Positions 1-12,039 are shown, counted from the first letter of the whole stretch. The stretch is 63,634 nt of DNA, filler included, from Octopus bimaculoides (GCF_001194135.2; 4 parts of 4 records of this genome joined end to end with filler, not necessarily neighbours in it); one strand, 5' to 3'. The notes: generated by a model from the letters alone, not told the origin. Made by a program: numbers and translations.

Positions 1-292
1 CCTGTTCGCCGGTCCACTTCGCTCTCCCCAGGCGAGCGTACGCCTCAAACATTCCTTCTGCGAAGGCCTCCATCAAGCGGATTTCTATTTTCTCCGCGCT
101 AACTTGGTCCCTCTCTTCCATCTCTAAAAATAGCGCCAACGCCGGACCATCCAAGTACAGTGGTATAAAGCTTGCCAAGTCGCCTATCCCTTGGAGCTTC
201 GCGACCAGCTTCATCTTTTTTAGCCACGCGACCACGTCCGTGTCGCCGCAAAACGGTTTAATTATATCACTAGAAATCCGGACTACACTCAT
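1..292 (-). CDS. Gypsy-like LTR retrotransposon Gag, N-terminal part (runs off the window start; absent from the ORF track)
   Basis: Manual translation from ATG at 292: MSVVRISSDIIKPFCGDTDVVAWLKKMKLVAKLQGIGDLASFIPLYLDGPALALFLEMEERDQVSAEKIEIRLMEAFAEGMFEAYARLGRAKWTGEQ. Open to position 1, GC-rich, starts about 30 nt downstream of an LTR, and resembles invertebrate Gypsy Gag N-termini. Confidence 0.75.
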   Translation of the reverse strand, partial: MSVVRISSDIIKPFCGDTDVVAWLKKMKLVAKLQGIGDLASFIPLYLDGPALALFLEMEERDQVSAEKIEIRLMEAFAEGMFEAYARLGRAKWTGEQ

Positions 293-323
293 AATTTTTT
301 TTTTCTTATGTGCCGAAATAGCT

Positions 324-604
324 TGTGGTGTGATGGAGGAAAAAAGACAAGAAGCAAAAGGACAGAATGAAACGTTGGACCTTACCTTGTCGACCGCAGC
401 GGAGTACACGATCGCTCCTGATCAGAACACGTCTTTCTCGTAACCTCGCTGTTTTCTGACTGACTCCACGTGCTAGCTTTCGACCGCGTGTCGCCGACTC
501 CCGATCTGACCCTTCCGGTCTGGCCCTTCCGGTCTGGCTTCACCTCTGTTTGCCTCACCCCTCTCCACCACAACACACAGCTCACCACAGCCCATAACAC
601 CACA
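324..604 (-). mobile_element. 5' LTR (281 bp) of the Gypsy-like element
   Basis: TG...CA termini with 13-bp imperfect inverted ends (TGTGGTGTGATGG at 324 / CCATAACACCACA ending at 604), directly upstream of the gag ORF. Confidence 0.75.
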
Positions 605-639
605 TTAACTTTATTTTGAAGTCTTGAATCGTGATGAAT

Positions 640-1060
640 TACTTGCTTTTTCTTTTATAGCATGGCTCTTGGAGAATATATTCACATTTATTTTTAACAT
701 AGCGCTACTTTGGAGTTCTCCGATTCGGCATATATCGATATATGTACGCCGTATTTAAATTTATCATCCGCTTTGTCGTGATTCGATGTTGTTTTGAATA
801 CGCAGAAATCCACAAATCCACAGTATTAGTGGTGGAACAGCAACAGCCTATTGCAACCGTCTTCTCGCATTCGTCTGCCATGCATGTAATTATTTTCGAA
901 CCAGTCTATAATATTTGTCTTCGTCATACGAATAAGGCTTTAATTCATTAAACTGTTCTGCGTTTTCAGCAGTTGGACAAATAATGCATTTTTAAACTGA
1001 CATTTTCAACATTGTTGAATCTCACGTCCAGTCAACTCATCTAAATTTTGAGATTCACTT
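640..1060 (-). pseudogene. Degenerate MULE/Mutator-like transposase C-terminal fragment
   Basis: The minus strand gives IIDWFENNYMHGRR...VPPL..LW, resembling the MULE YFE.NY.GR...PP..W region. Frameshifted. Confidence 0.4.
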
Positions 1061-1068
1061 TCGAAAAG

Positions 1069-2325
1069 TATGAGGCCATTAAGAATGAAATGTCCGATTT
1101 TGAACTGAAAGTTTATTTTACTTTATCTCATCAAAAAGCAATGCAGTTAATCAAAGTATGCACCTAAATTATCAACTCAATCTTGCCGTTTTATCAGTAG
1201 CTTCTTTATGCCGGCAGCGAAGAATTCTGGAGAGCGAGAGGTGATGAAATCACAAAAGGCTGTTTTTGCTTCTCCAGATTTGAAGTTTTTCCTTGCAAAA
1301 AGTTGTCTAATACCTGCAAAACGTGATAGTCAGTTGATGCAAGTTCTGGTGAATATGGTGGATGACAGAGTACTTCCAAGTTCAGTTCCTGTAACTTGAG
1401 TAGCATTCTTCGTGAAACATGTAGTCGAGCATTGCCTTGCAAGAGAATTGGCCTGTCTCTATTGACCAATCTCGGTTGTTTATTTGCAAGTTCACTATTC
1501 ATTTCATCCAATTGGTCGACGTATACATTCGCTGTAATTGACTTAGTAGTGGATTATACCAGTGCTGGACCACCAAACAGACACCATTAGCTTTTTTTTT
1601 TTCGGTGAATGTTCTTTTTTGGATTGTGTTTTGGCACTTCGTCTCTATCCAACCACCATACAGAACGCTTGCTATTGTTGAAAAGAATCCATTTTTCATC
1701 ACACAACAATATGATGCAAAAACGGTTCGCTTTTATGCCATGACAGCAAAGAACAGCAAGTTTCAAGACGACATGTCATTTGATGCTCGTTCAGTTCGTG
1801 TGGTACCCACTTGTCCAGCTTCTTTACCTTGCCGATTTGTTTCAGATGGTCCAATTCAGTTGGAATCGAAACATCAAACCTTGCTGCTAACTCATGCACA
1901 CTTTAAGATGTATTCGCTTCCGCTACAGTTTCCAGTTCATCATTATCCACCTTGGTCTCAGGTTTACCACGGGGCTGATTTTCAAAAGTTAAGTCACCAG
2001 ACCAGAACTTCTCAAACCATCGGCGTACAGTGCGCTCATTCCCCAGATCTTCCCCAAATACCTCATTGATGTTTCGAGCTGTCTGGGATGCATTGGTTCC
2101 ACGACGGAACTCATATTCATAAACAACACGAATTTTTTGTCTATCCATGAGCTCACAAAAATTGATTTACAAGAGAAAACTCACACTATGAATTGCATTT
2201 CGAAAAGTAATATGTAATTCTTCAATGTTGTAAAACGAAGAATTGTCAGGATACAACATTAGAGTTAACGACTGTCAAACTTGGTGCATAGGAAAATCGA
2301 ACATTTTATTCTTAATGACCTGATA
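1069..2325 (-). mobile_element. Full-length degenerate mariner (DD34D) element
   Basis: TIRs tatgaggccattaagaatgaaatgtccgatttt (1069) and reverse-complement tatcaggtcattaagaataaaatgttcgatttt (2325) with TA ends. ORF fragments carry a Mos1-like HTH, WVPHEL, LLQGNARLH and PPYSPELASTDY. Confidence 0.92.
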
Positions 2326-3001
2326 TTATTGTAACTAATTTTAAATACGGCCTATAGCAGGAATATTTAGTTATTAGATATCTATATATGATGTTGCGGA
2401 AAACACCACCGCTACGCAGCTTACCAACACTTTGCGAGTTCACACAAACAACACCAGTGTATCTCTGAGAAATTTCTCTCTCTGGGTAACTTTGCCCTGT
2501 CGTTGTATCCTTGCTGCGCCACCACCATCTTTGTCGTCGATACACTGGTGATCGTGTCCCAAACATGCTTCTTCTTAGCACATCAAACGAGAAATAGTAT
2601 GGCACCACCGTCGAGACGCCAGTACGCTATATGCAACATCATCGATATCAACCAACATACCCAGAAAACATTTATTCATCTTGTTTCTTTCTTGTTCATT
2701 GTCAAATAAAGACTTCGTCAACATCGGACACCTGCAATAGATTCATCTTGAGTCTCTAATGACATCAACCTCGTCATTGTCATTTGAACAAACAATATCA
2801 ACACATTCTTCCACTGATGCCTTCATCTGCTTCAGTGACTAGAATGAGATAAGTCAACATGTGTTTTCTCCAGTGCAGTACGAAAAAGACTGGTTTCTTC
2901 ATTAATATTCTTTTCTTCCTGATTTCTCCTTTCTTCCCATACACACACACATCTGAACACAATTACATTACAGACACTTCGACATGCATATATTCACATA
3001 T

Positions 3002-3300
3002 AACATGCACGCAAGCACCCAGCATTTGCACAACATGCATATAGACTTAGCAAACACATTCATTGCAAGTAGTATACATAAAATTACTACAGATAGCTGA
3101 CACTCTACTTCAGCTGTTTATGTTCCTAAGCTTGGAAATAGCTGAACAGGTTCACTATCACAACTCACTTGCATTCAATACAAAAATACATATTCAAATG
3201 CACAAGTGCACTTGAATATTCAACTACCGATCAACTGGTAGACCGACTCACTGGTATACACGCACACGACACTGTACGAGTCACTCAATCATTCAGCTAT
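3002..3300. repeat. Dispersed repeat, copy 1 (homologous to about 12348-12680)
   Basis: About 300 bp align by eye (aacatgcatatagacttagcaaacacatt...gttcctaagct.ggaaatagctgaa...ccgactcactggt). Confidence 0.8.
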
Positions 3301-3699
3301 ATACTTAGCTGCACTTACCTAGCTAATGTACATACATGTGTCCTCATCACATGTTTTTCCTGGCAGGTTTGCAATTATATTCTGGCCTAACATTTAACCA
3401 CAATTCTGATTTTTCTCGCATACTGTTCAACTTTTTTTTCTTTCACATTCCTGTTTTTGCTGATCTTTGCACCTCAAACTTGTATAGTATTTCATGTAAG
3501 GGCACTATATTGTACACGATAACGTCTTCTGATAGTACTCCAGCACTTTTCGGCTGGATTAGCTGCTCACCATTTATGCAATTTAACCATCATTCTTAGT
3601 CTTGCATGCACCCTTTTCTAATGCATGCTCCTTTATACACTTCACATCAGCAGTTCCTGCATTGTTCTCATCATTTCGTTCAATTCACTGTGAAAAGAA

Positions 3700-4620
3700 A
3701 TTTTCACGAGAAGAGGAATAATTTAGCTGGAATATTTAGCAATCAGATCACTATATCCCATATCACGATTTGCTAGAACATTACCGAAGTCATTAAAAGA
3801 AAAGCTGATAAATCAAGGTTTCGCATGGAACCGATACCAACAATTTCATCTTTTGCATGCTTCTTCCTGAGCTTAATTTTCACTATATATTCAGCACCTT
3901 AGCTACAGACGGTGAACGAGAGACATTAGAAAACGGTAGCACGACCAGCGGCTGACCCCAATGGGTGAACGGCAACAGCAACACAAGGACCAGCTAACAT
4001 TTTGACTGCTGCTACAATCACACCATACCAAGAGCAATTATTTGCAAATTTAATCGATATTTTGTTGTTTGTATTAACGGCAACATTTTGTTTATATATT
4101 TATAAATAAATATTTTGTTTATCAAAATCTCAAACACATTTCCGTGCCCTTCATCGTAATGGACCGGAGGATTCAGTTGCAATATATTTTCTTCTGAAAA
4201 TCCACTAAATAGTCAAATAAGCATTTCTAAAGTTTTTCGCTATGCTATTAATTTAGAAGTAAGTAGAAAAGTTTCGAAATCTTCTGATCAACCTGGCACA
4301 TGAATCTTTTGTGGTTGATAGAATATTGTACGGACGGTTTTAAAACTGCATCCAAATTGAAGCATGAGCAAGTTTCAGTAAGAAACTAGTAGAGAATAAA
4401 AGAACATCGCTGAACTTCTTGAATTGTTTTTTAATTGACGAAGGATAATTTTACAGCAACTTGTATCTGGTGCTACTTATGAGTAGCAGAATTTGTACAC
4501 GATTGATAATTTTGCAGTGGAGAATTCTTGTACGAATCCCTGCGTTGCCATTATTACATCTTCAAAATACTCTCTGCACGCTTCGTTGCATTGAAGCAAT
4601 TATCTGTTTTTGCTGCCCTA
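3700..4620 (-). pseudogene. Highly degenerate hAT-like transposase relic
   Basis: Minus-strand fragments EYFEDVIMATQGFVQEFST, SIKKQFKKFSDV..LAHASIWMQF (cf. LA..LDPRFK) and SVPCETL (cf. the dimerisation motif SVPCERLFS) occur in the expected order. Many stops. Confidence 0.35.
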
Positions 4621-5450
4621 ATAAACTTTTATCATTAGCCTTTTAAAGTGGAAAGAAATTTACTGGCCTCTCCCCCTTTGAGCAGCTAATCCAGCCGAAA
4701 ATTCAACGTGATATAAACAAGAAGTGTTACACAAATTGAGAAGCACAGATTCTAATTAGTAAAGCATATGAGAAAAATTCAACCTTGCAAGGAACAAATA
4801 AATGCTCATGTGTGAATGTTCATTGGGTAATTCACATAACTCACTCCTCTTTGAGTATCAGATACTTTGAAAAGTTAAGAGTAATTTTTGCAGAAAAGTG
4901 ATATGAAATGAGATACTGCTTTGAACTGAATAGTTTAAAATAAGCCTGATAGTCTTTTTTCATAGACTAACTGTAGCATGAGTTCTGCGTGAATAATGTC
5001 GAATCCCTTGGTTCTTTTGAAACAGATAATTTAACAGAAAATGTATAGCTTCCGTCGAGAAACAACGACAACAAAGTGAACAGCCTTTTTAATCTAGAAG
5101 CAATTGAGTGACTAACATATATTTCAAAAGGAAAAATGCAAGTAGTATTGTCAACCTACGATGGATCAACAAAATATATGGGAGCAAATAACTCAGAAAA
5201 GCGTTATGCATACTAAATACACAAATATGCTAAGGCTTCACGTATATAATGAAGCTAATTGACAAACTTAATTCAACTAATATTGTCAAAACAATTATGA
5301 AAGAAAAAAACTTTATTCTATTCAGTTTTCAAGATGAGGAATAATCGGTGCATATGTGCGTGCCTGCGTGTGTGTGTATGTAAAATGGAAATATAGGGAT
5401 GCAGATATATGAAAATCGACAAGATGGCTGAAGAAATATTATTTCTCTAG

Positions 5451-5519
5451 AGCGTTCGGCGCTGGAGCGTTCGGCGCTGGAGCGTTCGGCGCTGGAGCGT
5501 TCGGCGCTGGAGCGTTCGG
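5451..5519 (+). repeat. GC-rich 15-bp minisatellite (AGCGTTCGGCGCTGG)n running into an assembly gap
   Basis: 4.6 perfect units read directly. Confidence 0.95.
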
Positions 5520-6127
5520 NNNNNNNNNNNNNNNNNNNNNNNNNNNNNNNNNNNNNNNNNNNNNNNNNNNNNNNNNNNNNNNNNNNNNNNNNNNNNNNNN
5601 NNNNNNNNNNNNNNNNNNNNNNNNNNNNNNNNNNNNNNNNNNNNNNNNNNNNNNNNNNNNNNNNNNNNNNNNNNNNNNNNNNNNNNNNNNNNNNNNNNNN
5701 NNNNNNNNNNNNNNNNNNNNNNNNNNNNNNNNNNNNNNNNNNNNNNNNNNNNNNNNNNNNNNNNNNNNNNNNNNNNNNNNNNNNNNNNNNNNNNNNNNNN
5801 NNNNNNNNNNNNNNNNNNNNNNNNNNNNNNNNNNNNNNNNNNNNNNNNNNNNNNNNNNNNNNNNNNNNNNNNNNNNNNNNNNNNNNNNNNNNNNNNNNNN
5901 NNNNNNNNNNNNNNNNNNNNNNNNNNNNNNNNNNNNNNNNNNNNNNNNNNNNNNNNNNNNNNNNNNNNNNNNNNNNNNNNNNNNNNNNNNNNNNNNNNNN
6001 NNNNNNNNNNNNNNNNNNNNNNNNNNNNNNNNNNNNNNNNNNNNNNNNNNNNNNNNNNNNNNNNNNNNNNNNNNNNNNNNNNNNNNNNNNNNNNNNNNNN
6101 NNNNNNNNNNNNNNNNNNNNNNNNNNN

Positions 6128-6162
<35 letters not shown>

Positions 6163-6290
6163 TATATGTATATATAAAATAAATAGTAAATAACATAATA
6201 TATATATAAATAATATATAAATATATGCATATATACATACATATATGTACATACCTGCATATATATGTATTTATAGGTGCATATATGTGT

Positions 6291-6585
6291 ACAGGACGTC
6301 AAAAAACCGTGAATGAAATGAGAAACGAGAACATAAAAACAAAAACATAGAAAACGAAATTCGAACAACGAAAGTAACAAATAGAAAAACGATACAGGCA
6401 ACATAAATAACATTCCCTTCATCAGTTGTCCCTTGTTTTATCTACTTCGCGTTTCGAAACGCGGAGTAGATAAACAGGGAACAACTGATTAAGGGAATGT
6501 TCTTTATGTTGCCTCTATTCTCTATGTCTTTGTTTTTATGCTCTCGTTTCTCATTTTGTTCACGTTTATTTTTGACGTCCTGTAT
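6291..6585. repeat. Long imperfect palindrome (foldback) centred on TTCGAA at 6453-6458
   Basis: Arms acaggacgtcaaaa...ctacttcgcgtttc / gaaacgcggagtag...tttttgacgtcctgt. The left arm has about 40 extra bp. Confidence 0.9.
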
Positions 6586-6719
6586 CCATATATGCAATAT
6601 GCATGTATATATACATATATATATGTAGGTATGTACATATATGTATGTATATATGCATATATTTATATTCATTTATATTATTATATGATCGAACACCACG
6701 CATCCATTTCCAAGTAAGT

Positions 6720-6723
<4 letters not shown>

Positions 6724-6751
<28 letters not shown>

Positions 6752-8123
6752 TATTAAAAGGCAAGTTATCTGTCTGTCTTTGTGTTGTGTGAACCACTTC
6801 TATCTTACAATTTTCAACCGAATTTTACCAAATTTGACTTAAGATGCTTTTTCTTATAAATTTTTCCTCGAAATTTCGCGTCCCCTACTCTCAATTCGCC
6901 TAGAATCTGGCTTGAACCAGAAAAAATGTGACACACACCCAGCTGGAAAAAATCAATACTTTACTTTGTCAGCTGTGGCGAGCTCTTATCGATTGCATGC
7001 ATAGTACTGACAGCAGTATCCATTTGCGAGTTAGGATTTGCCTCTGTTTTCACGTGAGCGCTCTTTAGCCACTTCAAAACTCTTACCCAAAATTAAAGAT
7101 CCTTAATTCGGTCTGTTTGATTAACATTTTTGCCAACTACATTTTACTATTTTTTGGGGTGCTACACATTTACCTCTTTTTTCTTAGGACTTTTTCTATT
7201 GCGTAAACTGATAATTTTCTACCATGCCTCCACGCAAAAGATCCAATATAGGTCGGCAAACAAATGCTGCAAAGAAAAGCAAACGTATGCGTGCAAATTA
7301 ATCTGCCGAGGACGCCACCAGGAAGACCTCTCTCAATGCACTTCGGATGGTTTCAGCGCGAAGAAGGGAAAGTGAAGAGCAGCGTTGTGATCAGTTAGCA
7401 CGTGTTGCTGCGCAACTAGCCGCCCGGAGCAACGAGCAACGTTCATCACGCCGAATAAGAAATGCTTCTTCTACTGCTGTTGCTCGAGCTTCAGAGACTG
7501 CAGCACAACGCACAGATCGACTTACAAGAGATGCTGCAGCAACTGCTGCTGCGCGCGTTACGGAGACTACAGGGGGAAGACAACAACGGATGTTGCTCTA
7601 TGCAGCAAACAGGAAAACATCAGATAACCATACCATTGTCACCTTATTTATTTCATTAGAATAATCTTCACAGTATGCTCTCCATTAAGTGCCCCCAATT
7701 GTGAAGTAGGCAACAGATACTACACTTTTCATCTTTTTGGCACAGGCCACCCGTCAAATTTGTTTATGTGTATGTGCAACCCAGCGAAACAGCAGGTAGA
7801 CATACTATTTCTCTTTATGTCATATCTTTAGGCTCAACCTTTCCATCTGCTAAACAGCACATGTCAGCAGTTATGTGGTAAGGAATATAAACTCAATTAC
7901 TGCCGGTGTTTTACAGATCGACCTACTGTCCCAATGGAAAACAATGACAATGGTGTGGGCGTATGACTCTGCATGTTTACTATTACGCTAAATAATTCAA
8001 ACAACGCAGGGAACATCTGCCATTATGATTTCTTTCATTCAGTTCAGAGGTGCATCCGTGAGTGGTCTAATAACCAAACAGGCATACTTAACAGCCTCGA
8101 GCAATGCCGGGTATTCCTGCTAG
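6724..8123 (+). mobile_element. Non-autonomous, internally deleted Helitron
   Basis: 5' TC(TATC)n(TA)n..AAAAGGC start; RepHel-like N-terminus MPPRKRSNIGRQTNAAKKSKRMRAN*...RRRESEEQR from 7224; 3' end cctcgagcaatgccgggtattcctgCTAG|T at 8120-8124. Confidence 0.75.
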
Positions 8124-8334
8124 TATATATATATATATATAACAAATTTACACAAAGCGTAAGGATGTATAAAAGCATACACCTGCTAGAAATAAGAGCT
8201 AAAATCTTAATTAAACCACCGTACACCACCAAGATAACAGAGAATAGTAGGCGAGGAAACGGAAAGAATTAATGCATTCAAAAGCACAACTATAAAAGAT
8301 GATACAGTTTAGGACTAATATGTATATATATATA

Positions 8335-8822
8335 TAATTTTATTTAAAAGAGTTCCAACTCTGTCTGTTTTTTGTTTTTTTATTTATATTCTTGTAAAAT
8401 TAATGTGGGATATAAAATATGGAATATATAATATATAATATAAAAAAAGATGGATGGTACAATGAAATGAAGTATTGAATGTCTTATTGAATATATGGAA
8501 TATGTCTTATTGAATATATGAAATATTGAGTATCCAATATAAAGGATTAAATATATATAAATATATAAAGGCGAATACGTATTTTCTATACCTTGTGGTA
8601 TTTCATCATGGCATTATTAAGAAATTCAAACCTACTCTTGACAATAAGACATATTCCATATATTCAATAAGACATTCAATACTTCATTTCATTGTACCAT
8701 CCATCTTTTTTTATGTTATATATTATATATTCCATATTCTATATCCCACATTAATTTTACAAGAATATAAATAAAAAAACATAAAAAACAGACAGAGCTG
8801 GAACTCTTTTAAATAAAATAAT
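8335..8822. repeat. Inverted-repeat element, arms of about 180 bp (8335-8510 / 8640-8822) with a spacer of about 130 bp
   Basis: The arms are near-perfect reverse complements (tttaaaagagttccaactctgtc...gtattgaatgtcttattgaatatatggaatatgtcttattg). Confidence 0.9.
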
Positions 8823-9018
8823 ATATTCCTCTATACACGATCATACAAAACCCCCTTTTTTTGTATTTATTCTTACTCACATATATATATANNNNNNNNN
8901 NNNNNNNNNNNNNNNNNNNNNNNNNNNNNNTGCAAACCAAATCCCAAAATGAAATATTATTTACTATTTATTATTTAATTGAGCGCGATGTATCCATTTC
9001 CAAGTAAGTTTATATATA

Positions 9019-10281
9019 CACAGACATGCAGGACGTAAATAGACACCTTTAATTTTCAAAATTTCTCATCTAAACGTTTTAATATGTTTTTAGCGCTGTA
9101 GAATTTACAATGTAATTATTCTTTTTCCTTCCAGGTGCCATTATATTAAACATTTGCGAAGAGTAACCTTGCCACGCACACAAAAATCAGCAGAATTGTC
9201 AGATTTTCAAAGAGGTCGTATTGTTGGACAATCTGAGGCTGGTCTTAGCCAGTGAAATATTGCCGAAAATCTTTAAATTCCTTTTACTACTGTTAATAGA
9301 ATTATAGTGCAATTCAAAAGCCAAGGAAAAGAATCAACAGATTCTCGTCCCGGCCGATCTGGGCTCTCGGAAAAGAAGCTTCGCTGTTTCAAGAGAATTG
9401 TGGAAAACGAACCCCGTTCGAAGTCTTCTGGCATTGCAAAACAGCTAGAAGTTAGTCCAAGAACGTGTGTTACATATCTGCATAAACTTGGGTATTATGG
9501 ACGAGCAGCTAGAAGAAAACCTCTCCTTCAACCAATTAATATCATGAAAAGAAAGAAATTAGCTAAGGAGATGTCAGATAAATCCAGTTCATTTTGGGAT
9601 AGAGTGATTTTCTCAGATGAATCCAGATTTGCATTATTTTCAGACAGTGGACGTGTTTGGGTCTAGAGGTTTCCCAATCAAGAATTTGATTTGAAACGAC
9701 TCCAACCAACTGTGAAACATGGCGGTATCTCTGTAATGGTGTGAGGAACTGTCACCACCAAGGGTCGTTCTGAGCTGATCGAATGTGTTGGAACCATAAA
9801 CTCTGAAAAATATATCGAAATACTTAAGGACTACTTCCGATGTATTCACATGATAACATAACGAAAAATGAGTTTTTATTCATAGAAGACTCCATGCCAC
9901 ACAGCGAAAAGGAATCAACAATAGCTGACTGAAAATGGGATCAAAAAGCTTCCTTGGCCGAGCCAATCTCTTGATATAAACCCAAATGAAAATCTTTGGA
10001 GCATACTAGATAGAGCTATACGAAAAACTCGACAGAAACCTAAATCTAAAGATGAATTGTTTCGATTGTTGCGTGAAAAGTAGGCAGAAATTCCACAAGA
10101 GACAATCACAAAACTCATCAGTTCAATGCCAAAAAGAGTTCCTGAATTAAAAACTGCTAAGGGAATGTCAACTAAAGTATGTAGTCCCACTTATCGATTA
10201 CATTTCAATTGTTCGCTTTTGCTTATTAAATAAAAAGTTTTGAAAATTAAAAGGTATCTATTTACCTCCTGCATGTCTGTG
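9019..10281 (+). mobile_element. Full-length degenerate Tc1-like (DD34E) element
   Basis: TIRs cacagacatgcagga.gtaaataga.acc with TA on both sides. Transposase fragments [46 protein letters not shown]. Confidence 0.92.
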
Positions 10282-10293
10282 TATATATATAAA

Positions 10294-10560
10294 GGTGCGT
10301 GGCCTAGTAATTAGGGCTGACGATCGTAGTTATGTGTTTATTTCTTGAACCTGGTGACGCGTTCTGTCGCAAGTCACTACCTTGCAGTATGCTCTAGTCT
10401 ACAAAGCTGTAAATAAGTAGAAACGGAGAATTATGCTGCCCCCTTCTCTTTCCGTCCCCCACCCTGTACTCACATCTTTGAAGTACCATTACGTCACGAG
10501 TTTTAGGACCGAGGGATGGCTATCTCTGCTTCGACTATATAGGCACCTAAAATAATTGGC
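10294..10560 (+). mobile_element. Degenerate tRNA-derived SINE
   Basis: A-box-like gcgtggcctagtaattagg head after (TA)n; the body resembles other SINEs in the window. Confidence 0.5.
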
Positions 10561-11475
10561 GAAAATATGGTACATGCTATTACATTTTATTCACTCGTAA
10601 GTGAAAGGTTGTGCTTCTTTTTCTTTTGTTATGAACTGACAAATATACATGTATAGATAGACAAGTTGACAGAGAGAGGGGGGAGACAGACGGAAAGCTG
10701 TATGTGTAGTGACGCTGATTATAAGTATATGAAAAATGTCTTAGAGGAAATACCGTTGCGAACGTAAATGTATGTGTGTGTGTGTGTGTGAATACATGCG
10801 TGCGTATATGTGAAATCTTCATATATATATATATATATAAAGATTACACACATACGCACGCATGTACTCAGACGCGCAACAAATGTACGACGTCTAAAAC
10901 TTTTTCAGTTATGTAAACCTCCTTTATTACTTTTATCATTTTTAGATTTTCTTTACTTTCCTTTCCATGATAGATCGCTGAACACTACATTTATTTTTTT
11001 TCTCCTTGTTTCTCTCCTTGTTTCTTTCCGTGTTACTTTCAGTTGAAGAGCGTAGGCTCGAAACGTCAAAAACTTTCTCTATTCCCGAGCGTTAAACTAA
11101 TACATCCATTTGTTGTTTACACCACCTGTCTTCATCTGTTGTTTTTTTCGTAAATTCTCCCATATATAATACACGCTAACGTGGTCGCACCAGCTAATCC
11201 TGTCTCTACTCATCACACACAAACTTCTGGACTCTACTCTGGACTTACTTCTTCTGGATTTTTTTATTCTGAACTCTACACTCTCCGGCTGCACCTCTCC
11301 TACCCACGGATTACACTGGACCTATNNNNNNNNNNNNNNNNNNNNNNNNNNNNNNNNNNNNNNNNNNNNNNNNNNNNNNNNNNNNNNNNNNNNNNNNNNN
11401 NNNNNNNNNNNNNNNNNNNNNNNNNNNNNNNNNNNNNNNNNNNNNNNNNNNNNNNNNNNNNNNNNNNNNNNNNNN

Positions 11476-11541
<66 letters not shown>

Positions 11542-11729
11542 TTTCATTTCCTATAGTGTCGAGATTATCAAAAGTAACCTAATGAAATATGGAAGGACAT
11601 AAAGATAAAGATTTTCGATATAACGTTTAGACATTTATAAGAAAACTCGAAATAAATAAGGAAATGACTTCAAAATATCTAATCCATGTTAAAAATTTGT
11701 TAGAAAAATCAGATAATATATTATGTTAT

Positions 11730-12020
11730 TACAGTATCACAGTATCGACCAGATCATCAGATGTTATTTTCCATCTTGAGACAAATATCTAAAGTAAACT
11801 GTCGTCCCATCGCCGTAGAGGTCTTCCAAGTGGCTTTTTCTGATCTTTGAGATACCACTCGGCAACTACACAGGTCCACCTTTATCTGCGAACCTTGCAA
11901 CATATCCAGCCCAGCAGAACTTGTGCTTTCTATATTCTGCGATCACATCGTTCACTCCGCTCCATTCTTAAATTATTCCATTTTGAATATGCTCCCGCAA
12001 TGATTTTCCTAGCATATTAA
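11730..12020 (-). mobile_element. RTE-clade LINE ORF2 C-terminal fragment
   Basis: Translation ...YRKHKFCWAGYVARFADK/WTCVVAEWYLKDQKKPLGRPLRRWDD matches the RTE W.GHV.R...R..GRP..RW motif. Confidence 0.75.
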
Positions 12021-12039
12021 AGTCAAATGTGAAAGTCCA

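Noticed and set aside
5329-6422. Long ORFs spanning N gaps and (TA)n tracts (also 62441-63438, 11181-11582 and others)
   Set aside because: Openness comes from Ns and microsatellites.
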